DNA of 64,000 nucleotides from Candidatus Latescibacterota bacterium (GTDB lineage: Bacteria; Latescibacterota; UBA2968): the NCBI GenBank assembly GCA_965204375.1, contig OZ241986.1, forward strand, positions 736,001-800,000, given 5' to 3'. The translations under genes were made by a program, and so were the position numbers. The notes below the pieces were generated by a model, which was not told the origin of the DNA, did not search any database, and saw only the letters and a program-made list of their open reading frames with translations. Positions 58,418 through 64,000 of this stretch are shown one piece after another. Position 1 is the first letter of the stretch, and each line of letters starts with the position of its first letter.

Positions 58418-59149
58418 TTATGACGCCTCCCTTTTGAGAATCACTGTCCGACGCGTACTTACCACGAGAAATAATCTTCCATTCGCATCTACATAATAAC
58501 AGGTGGGAATAACGGATTCTCCGTAATGGCAATACACATCGGCAGTTACAGCACTTTGATCTGTTGTGATCTCCGATGTCCCGCGATAAATTAGAAACTG
58601 GTTTTCCCGGATCATCGAGAACTCTTCTATCAGGTCAAATGCGTGCTTTGTAGTGTCCTTTCTGGCACTTAGTCGCTGAACTGCGTCAAAAAGACACCAG
58701 TCGGCGGTATAGGTCCCAAGCGTCTTTGAGCGCGCAGGCTCTTTGCCATCCATCAAAAGTCGGCTATTTTGAATTTTCCCTTTCTGGGTGTATTCAACCA
58801 GTCCTTTTCCCGCCTGGCTCCCGTTGGAATACTTTAGCGTCCAGGTCTTTGGAGATGTGAGTGCGTTGTTCCCGCATTGTGCATCGATCTCTGTCGTGTT
58901 GTCGAACTTCAGGTCCGAGCAGGTGATTCCCAAATGACGGTCTTCACCTTCATTTCTGGCGGAAATCCTGAGTGTAGCCTCAGGTTCGTGAGACCTGCTG
59001 GGAGTCCCTCGCGTCGTCCGAATGTTCATCCAGTAGATGTCGTATGTCTGCTCTTCCGGTGCCTCCGGATCAAAGGCTCCGGCGGGCAAACCGTATTTGT
59101 TCAATACCCTCTTTGTGTGGATATATTCCCATGGCTCAGCCATTTTCAC
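58418..59149 (-). CDS. Hypothetical protein
   Basis: 243-aa ORF with AAGGAG RBS, 3 nt upstream of the sulfatase gene; no family recognised. Confidence 0.6.
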   Translation of the reverse strand: MKMAEPWEYIHTKRVLNKYGLPAGAFDPEAPEEQTYDIYWMNIRTTRGTPSRSHEPEATLRISARNEGEDRHLGITCSDLKFDNTTEIDAQCGNNALTSPKTWTLKYSNGSQAGKGLVEYTQKGKIQNSRLLMDGKEPARSKTLGTYTADWCLFDAVQRLSARKDTTKHAFDLIEEFSMIRENQFLIYRGTSEITTDQSAVTADVYCHYGESVIPTCYYVDANGRLFLVVSTRRTVILKREAS

Positions 59150-59173
59150 GCTCCTTTCAGAGGAAGTCTCTCT

Positions 59174-59275
59174 ATGAACGACCTTCAGAGTCTAAAACAT
59201 ACCGAAGGGAAGTGCAAGTATCATCTGGTATGGATTCCGAAAGGGTGTTGGAAAATGTTCTATGACTCACTTTGA
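59174..59275 (+). pseudogene. IS200/IS605 tnpA (Y1 transposase) 5' remnant
   Basis: MNDLQSLKHTEGKCKYHLVWIPK matches the TnpA N-terminus (SLxHTxxxCKYHxVWIPK), then diverges and stops. Confidence 0.8.
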
Positions 59276-59281
59276 CCGGGC

Positions 59282-59310
59282 TTGACCCGCAAAGGCTAAG
59301 TTGCTATTGT
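59282..59310 (+). promoter_or_regulatory. Sigma70-like promoter for the + strand sulfatase
   Basis: TTGACC, 17 bp, TATTGT with extended -10 TG. Confidence 0.5.
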
Positions 59311-59357
59311 ATCGGGTCATGAATTGTACTGTAGGAGCAACTGATGGAGGACCGACG

Positions 59358-60677
59358 ATGTGGAATGAAAAGCCGAATGTGCTGGTGATTCAGCCCGACC
59401 AGCACCGCGGAACGGTGATGGGTTGTGCGGGTGACTCGCAGGTGAAAACGCCGAATCTGGACCGCCTTGCGTCGGAGGGGATCCGGTTTTCGCGTTGCGC
59501 CTCGTCCAGCCCTGTGTGCTCCCCATTTCGGGGGACGATGCAGACCGGATTGTATTGCCATACCCACGGTGTGGATGTGAACAATATTCTGCTGGATCCC
59601 GAACTGATCACATTCGCCGACCTGTTTGCGGACGCTGGATACGCCACAGGCTATATCGGGAAGTGGCATCTGGATGGAGGTAAGCCCAGGGGATGGGGCG
59701 GATTTATTGAGCCAGGTCCCAGGCGAGCGGGATGGCAGGAATGGCATGGGTACCAGAAAGGGCACGAGTTTTTCGATGTCTGGGACTACAACGAGAATCG
59801 CGAGAGGGTGCGGATCGAAGGTTACGACTGGGAGCCAGCGTGGCATACGGATATGGCTCTGGACTTTGCAAAACGAAATCGCGACGCCGGTCATCCCTGG
59901 CTCTACTATTTGGGATATGGCCCTCCGCACAAGCCCGAACAGTGCCCGCAGAAGTATCTGGATATGTACGATCCTGATACCTTTGAGTTGCCAGACGACG
60001 TGAAGGGGCGGTTCGGAGATAGGGAACGCGAGCTTCGGTGGCTTTATCAGATGTATTACGGTCAGGTAACGGCGGTGGATGTGGAGATTGGACGTGTGAT
60101 GGCTGGCCTGGCGGAACTGGGAATTGCAGACAATACGATTGTGGTCTATGTAAGTGATCACGGCGACAAGCTGGGCAGTCACTGCGAACCCGATGAGCGC
60201 AACTTTCGCGGCAAGGGAAGTCCCTTTGCGACTGCGTTTCGCATTCCGTTCATCGTGCGATGGCCCAATCGCATTAAGCCAAATCAGGTGTGTGACGCAC
60301 TGGTGAGTAGCGTGGATCTTACGCCCACGATTCTGGACCTGGCGGAACTGGAGATTCCCGATGTGATGCAGGGTGACAGTATGGCGGGCTGGTGTCTGGA
60401 GGGAAAAGGCGTGGAGAACGACTGTGTATATATGGGACTCCGCGGCGTGACCCAGCCCGGTGGATGGCGTGCCGTATGGGATGGTCGCTACGTGTTTTCA
60501 CCAGGGATTCACAATGTCCTGTATGACCACGAATCCGATCCGCTGGAGATGGAAAATCTCATCGACGCGCCACAGATTTCGAGTGAGAAGAAGCGGTTAG
60601 CGGGGCTACTCGTACAGATGGCCGAGAATACGGAAGATCCGATGCTGCAGGAGGTGAAGGGACTTTGCGGTGTGTGA
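59358..60677 (+). CDS. Sulfatase (Cys-type)
   Basis: KPNVLVIQPDQH, CSPFRGTMQTG, GKWH, SDHG; start ATG 59358 after GGAGG. Confidence 0.92.
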   Translation: MWNEKPNVLVIQPDQHRGTVMGCAGDSQVKTPNLDRLASEGIRFSRCASSSPVCSPFRGTMQTGLYCHTHGVDVNNILLDPELITFADLFADAGYATGYIGKWHLDGGKPRGWGGFIEPGPRRAGWQEWHGYQKGHEFFDVWDYNENRERVRIEGYDWEPAWHTDMALDFAKRNRDAGHPWLYYLGYGPPHKPEQCPQKYLDMYDPDTFELPDDVKGRFGDRERELRWLYQMYYGQVTAVDVEIGRVMAGLAELGIADNTIVVYVSDHGDKLGSHCEPDERNFRGKGSPFATAFRIPFIVRWPNRIKPNQVCDALVSSVDLTPTILDLAELEIPDVMQGDSMAGWCLEGKGVENDCVYMGLRGVTQPGGWRAVWDGRYVFSPGIHNVLYDHESDPLEMENLIDAPQISSEKKRLAGLLVQMAENTEDPMLQEVKGLCGV

Positions 60678-60687
60678 TTTCTCCTCC

Positions 60688-61983
60688 TTAACCGTCATCA
60701 CGACCATACGCACGCTCCCAAGCTTTCACCCGTTCAAACAACACGCCTATGCGTTCTTGATATCTTTTATCCCTAATCCGATTATAAAACTCCTTTGGAT
60801 CCTCCGATAGATCAAAATACTCTCCTGCCTTACTCTGATATACATTCAACTTTTCCGTTTCCGTCCGAATCATCTGGGTATCACCAATCTGACTGAATAC
60901 CGCGTCCCGCCAATCATCAGGGGCTGTCTCTCCATCCAGCAATGGTTTCAACGACCGTCCGTGTACAGAGTCGGGAACATCAGCTCCAATCAAATCACAA
61001 ATCGTCGGAAATAAATCAATATGTTCTACCAGTTCATCCCGCACCCCTGATTGACTTCTTGGATCAGAAATCAACAGCGGCACATGCGCCGAAGCCTCCC
61101 GCATATTAAACTTCAAAAACATCTCGTGTTCCCACATCTGGTCGCCGTGATCTGCTGTCCAGATCACAATCGTTTCGTCTCTGATACCCAACCGATCCAA
61201 CGCATCTAAAACCATCCCACAATACCCATCCACAAGCTCTATCATACCATAATACCCTGCGATTACCTGTCGCAGTTCCACAGGTGTCAAATGCGCCCAC
61301 TCTTTCCGTTTTCTCAAAATATCACTGTGGGGCAAGGGTGCATCAGCAGGTGCTTGCTCTGGTAATTCGATCTTTGACTGGTCGATCTTTTCATAAATCT
61401 CTTTGGGAGGATAAAACGGGGGATGAGGCTCTGTAAAACTCGTCCAGGATAGAAATTTCTCTCCTTTACTGACAGCCTCTTCAATCTGCCGAATTGACTC
61501 TGTCGCAACATGATATCCCCAATGCTGCTCCCGACTTCGCGGACTTGGTCCGCCAGATGACCGCCGCAACACGCCCTCATTTTCCCAATCGTATCGGGCC
61601 AGCATATCCTCAGGCATTGTCTCGCGCCACATCTGTTGTGTAATCTCTGGCTCATAGCCATTGTCCATATTGGGATCTTTCCAGTGCATATGGCCCAAGT
61701 GGAACCGACGATAATTCAAGGGTTGTACAGCGTGGGCAATTGTGTACATCCCCGAATAAGGCATTGCGTTATTGGTAAAGACGCCATGTGCATGGACATA
61801 TTTGCCAGTTGCCAAACTGTGCCGCGCTGGCGAACACACAGGCGACTGTGTATAACACTGGTCAAATCGCACACTCTTTTCAGCCAGGCGATCCAGATTG
61901 GGCGTATGAGCCAGTGGATTTCCCAGACATCCCAACGCATCAAATCTGTGATGATCACTCATCAAGACAAGTACATTCATCAA
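60688..61983 (-). CDS. Sulfatase (Cys-type)
   Basis: SDHH, CSPARHSLATG, PHPP, ADHG. Confidence 0.92.
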   Translation of the reverse strand: MMNVLVLMSDHHRFDALGCLGNPLAHTPNLDRLAEKSVRFDQCYTQSPVCSPARHSLATGKYVHAHGVFTNNAMPYSGMYTIAHAVQPLNYRRFHLGHMHWKDPNMDNGYEPEITQQMWRETMPEDMLARYDWENEGVLRRSSGGPSPRSREQHWGYHVATESIRQIEEAVSKGEKFLSWTSFTEPHPPFYPPKEIYEKIDQSKIELPEQAPADAPLPHSDILRKRKEWAHLTPVELRQVIAGYYGMIELVDGYCGMVLDALDRLGIRDETIVIWTADHGDQMWEHEMFLKFNMREASAHVPLLISDPRSQSGVRDELVEHIDLFPTICDLIGADVPDSVHGRSLKPLLDGETAPDDWRDAVFSQIGDTQMIRTETEKLNVYQSKAGEYFDLSEDPKEFYNRIRDKRYQERIGVLFERVKAWERAYGRDDG

Positions 61984-61998
61984 TAAATCTCCTTTTAA

Positions 61999-63246
61999 TC
62001 AACTCCTCGTTCGATTTCTCCATTGGTTCAGAGCGATGAGCATGCTGTCTCTGGTTTTGTCGTCCAGACTCTGAGCCAGGTTGTTGAGTTCATACGGGTC
62101 GTCCGCCAGATCAAAGCAATGCGTAATGTCATTCTCGTTCCGCTTTGTAATTAGCTTTACGTCGCCCCTGATAATGCAATCATCTTTGTGCTCGATGAAG
62201 ACATCGGTTGAGATATCTGGCTCTCCAGTCATGCAGGGTAGCAGAGAGCGGCCTTCAGTTTCTCCTGAATTTTCAGCATCGGCCAGATGGAGAATTGTGG
62301 CGAATAGATCTACTGTGGATACTGGTTTCTCAATAACGCGTTTTGTTGTTCCGGGTACTCGGATGAGCAGAGGTACGCGAATGGACTCATCGAACATGAC
62401 GCCTTTTCCGAACAGGCCATGACAACCGGCCATATCGCCATGGTCAGATGTGAAGATGACTACAGTATCATCTGCCAGTCCAGTCTTTTCCAGTGTTTTC
62501 AATACGCGGCCAAACGCGGTGTCCAACTGAGAGATTTCCCCGAAGTACCGCTTCCTGAATTCTTCAACACCGTAGTCCGCATTCCAGCCTGTGTTCTTGA
62601 ACCAGGCGTCGCGGTCTGTATTGGGAGGACTATCCAGTACGGACTTATCATATCGCTGCATGTCGGTCATCGGGGGGGAACATGGAGGGTGGGGTGCTTG
62701 ATACGATACTGCCATGAAGAATGGGGATTTCGGGGATGATAGCGCTTCCAGTTCTTCGCAGACAATATCTGTCAAGCCATCGGTTTCGTGCCCACGGAGC
62801 TTTACGGGGGTGTCGGGATCATCGTACCAGATTAGTCCGGCATTGTGATCTACATGATGGCTTTCCCACCCAATGAAGTGTTGAAAGCCTCCGCGCAGTT
62901 CTGGCGGGACCCATCTGTTCTGTGATTCACCGCTCAAATGCCATTTCCCGATATAGTGCGTGTCATAACCTGCCTGGTTCAGATGATGAGCAATGGTCGG
63001 CTGATTCACAGGGAGGCGCATACCATTCCCCGTAACGCTGGTCTGGCTCGGGTATTGACCGGTGAGCAGGCAAGCCCTGTATGGAGTGCATAGCGGTACA
63101 TTTGTATAGGCGCGATTGAATTGCGCGTTTTGTGTGGCAAATTGTGATAGGTTGGGGGCGTGAACTATATGGTTCCCGTAGAACGGCAACCATCTGGCGC
63201 TTAGCTGGTCGGGAAATATGAATAAGATGTTTGGTCTGTGGATCAT
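61999..63246 (-). CDS. Sulfatase (Cys-type)
   Basis: PNILFIFPDQ, CTPYRACLLTG, GKWH, SDHG. Confidence 0.92.
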   Translation of the reverse strand: MIHRPNILFIFPDQLSARWLPFYGNHIVHAPNLSQFATQNAQFNRAYTNVPLCTPYRACLLTGQYPSQTSVTGNGMRLPVNQPTIAHHLNQAGYDTHYIGKWHLSGESQNRWVPPELRGGFQHFIGWESHHVDHNAGLIWYDDPDTPVKLRGHETDGLTDIVCEELEALSSPKSPFFMAVSYQAPHPPCSPPMTDMQRYDKSVLDSPPNTDRDAWFKNTGWNADYGVEEFRKRYFGEISQLDTAFGRVLKTLEKTGLADDTVVIFTSDHGDMAGCHGLFGKGVMFDESIRVPLLIRVPGTTKRVIEKPVSTVDLFATILHLADAENSGETEGRSLLPCMTGEPDISTDVFIEHKDDCIIRGDVKLITKRNENDITHCFDLADDPYELNNLAQSLDDKTRDSMLIALNQWRNRTRS

Positions 63247-63279
63247 GTGTTTGAGGTAGGGGAGAGGTCGATCCTTTTT

Positions 63280-64000
63280 TTAGTTGCTTTTGAAAGGGTC
63301 GCTCAAGACAACGAGGGTGATGAGGTCACGCAGGCCCTTATTTGTTTCCTGTACATCCTGGACTATTGCATCAATCGCTGGCCGATCAGAAATGCCCAAC
63401 TCTCGACCAATTGCATAAGTCAGCAATTTTTCTGTCAGACAACGCGTGAATTCTGCGTGACGCTTTGTCATGAGCTTGCGAAATTCGACGAAGGATTGAA
63501 AGGTTTCGCCACTCGGCAATTGTCCCGAAGGATCAATCGCTGCGCTTCTGGTATAGTGAGTTCGCCAACCGCCGATCGCATCAAAGTTTTCCAGCGCAAA
63601 ACCAGGCGGATCGATTTTGCTATGACATTGGGCGCAGGTCGGCATCTCGCGGTGCTTGACCAGTTGATCTCTGATGGTCGTTGCGCCGCGCGTGTCGGGT
63701 TCAATCTCGGGCACATCGTCCGGTGGTGGCGGCGGTGTGTATCCCAGCAAATTTTCCAGCACATAAATTCCACGCACCACAGGCGAAGTATCTACGCCAT
63801 TGGCCGAAGCCATGAGAAAACTGCCCTGGCCCAGCAGACCGCCGCGTGGTGTCCCGGTGAGCGGAACCCGGCGAAAATGATCTCCCTCAATATCTTCTAT
63901 CCCATAATGCCGAGCGAGTTCCCGATTGAGAAAGGAATAATCAGCAGAAAGAAATTCGCTGAGCGAGAGATTGTTGTCGAGTACGTGCCGAAAAAACGTC
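63280..64000 (-). CDS. DUF1592/DUF1588/DUF1585 (planctomycete PSD/PSCyt-type) protein, 5' end outside the window
   Basis: Frame open to the window edge (FLSADYSFLNRELARHYG); RGGLL, TSPVVRG, CAQCH, GFALENFDAIG, EKLLTYAIGR. Confidence 0.88.
   Translation of the reverse strand, partial: TFFRHVLDNNLSLSEFLSADYSFLNRELARHYGIEDIEGDHFRRVPLTGTPRGGLLGQGSFLMASANGVDTSPVVRGIYVLENLLGYTPPPPPDDVPEIEPDTRGATTIRDQLVKHREMPTCAQCHSKIDPPGFALENFDAIGGWRTHYTRSAAIDPSGQLPSGETFQSFVEFRKLMTKRHAEFTRCLTEKLLTYAIGRELGISDRPAIDAIVQDVQETNKGLRDLITLVVLSDPFKSN

Overview
Bacterial chromosomal window with no rRNA, tRNA or CRISPR array visible. The gene content (6 sulfatase-family, 5 PhyH dioxygenase, heparinase II/III-like, agarase-like, DUF6785-type transporter and DUF1592/1588 genes) resembles heterotrophic marine or sponge-associated lineages such as Latescibacterota or Poribacteria; this taxonomy is inference only. 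Positions 1-16.9 kb hold a catabolic cluster plus housekeeping genes (transaldolase, prenyl synthase, DUF1998 helicase). Positions ~17-59 kb are a tightly packed run of about 47 functionally unrelated, minus-strand genes with one exception. The run has integron-cassette-like content (GNATs, VOC, NUDIX, AAC(3)-like, APH-like, methyltransferases, two intact TA pairs, two orphan antitoxins), but I could find no integrase or attC repeats. Notable details: an intact IS1380 with a 4-bp TSD splitting a serine hydrolase gene; a kinase gene with an in-frame amber codon; a Tat-lipoprotein MsrP with a Pro/Gln tether and no MsrQ; a sulfatase-like enzyme with Thr at the catalytic position; a stand-alone PolX N-terminus next to a DUF4037 nucleotidyltransferase-fold gene; and an IS200/IS605 tnpA stub. 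All family assignments are by motif recognition, not database search.
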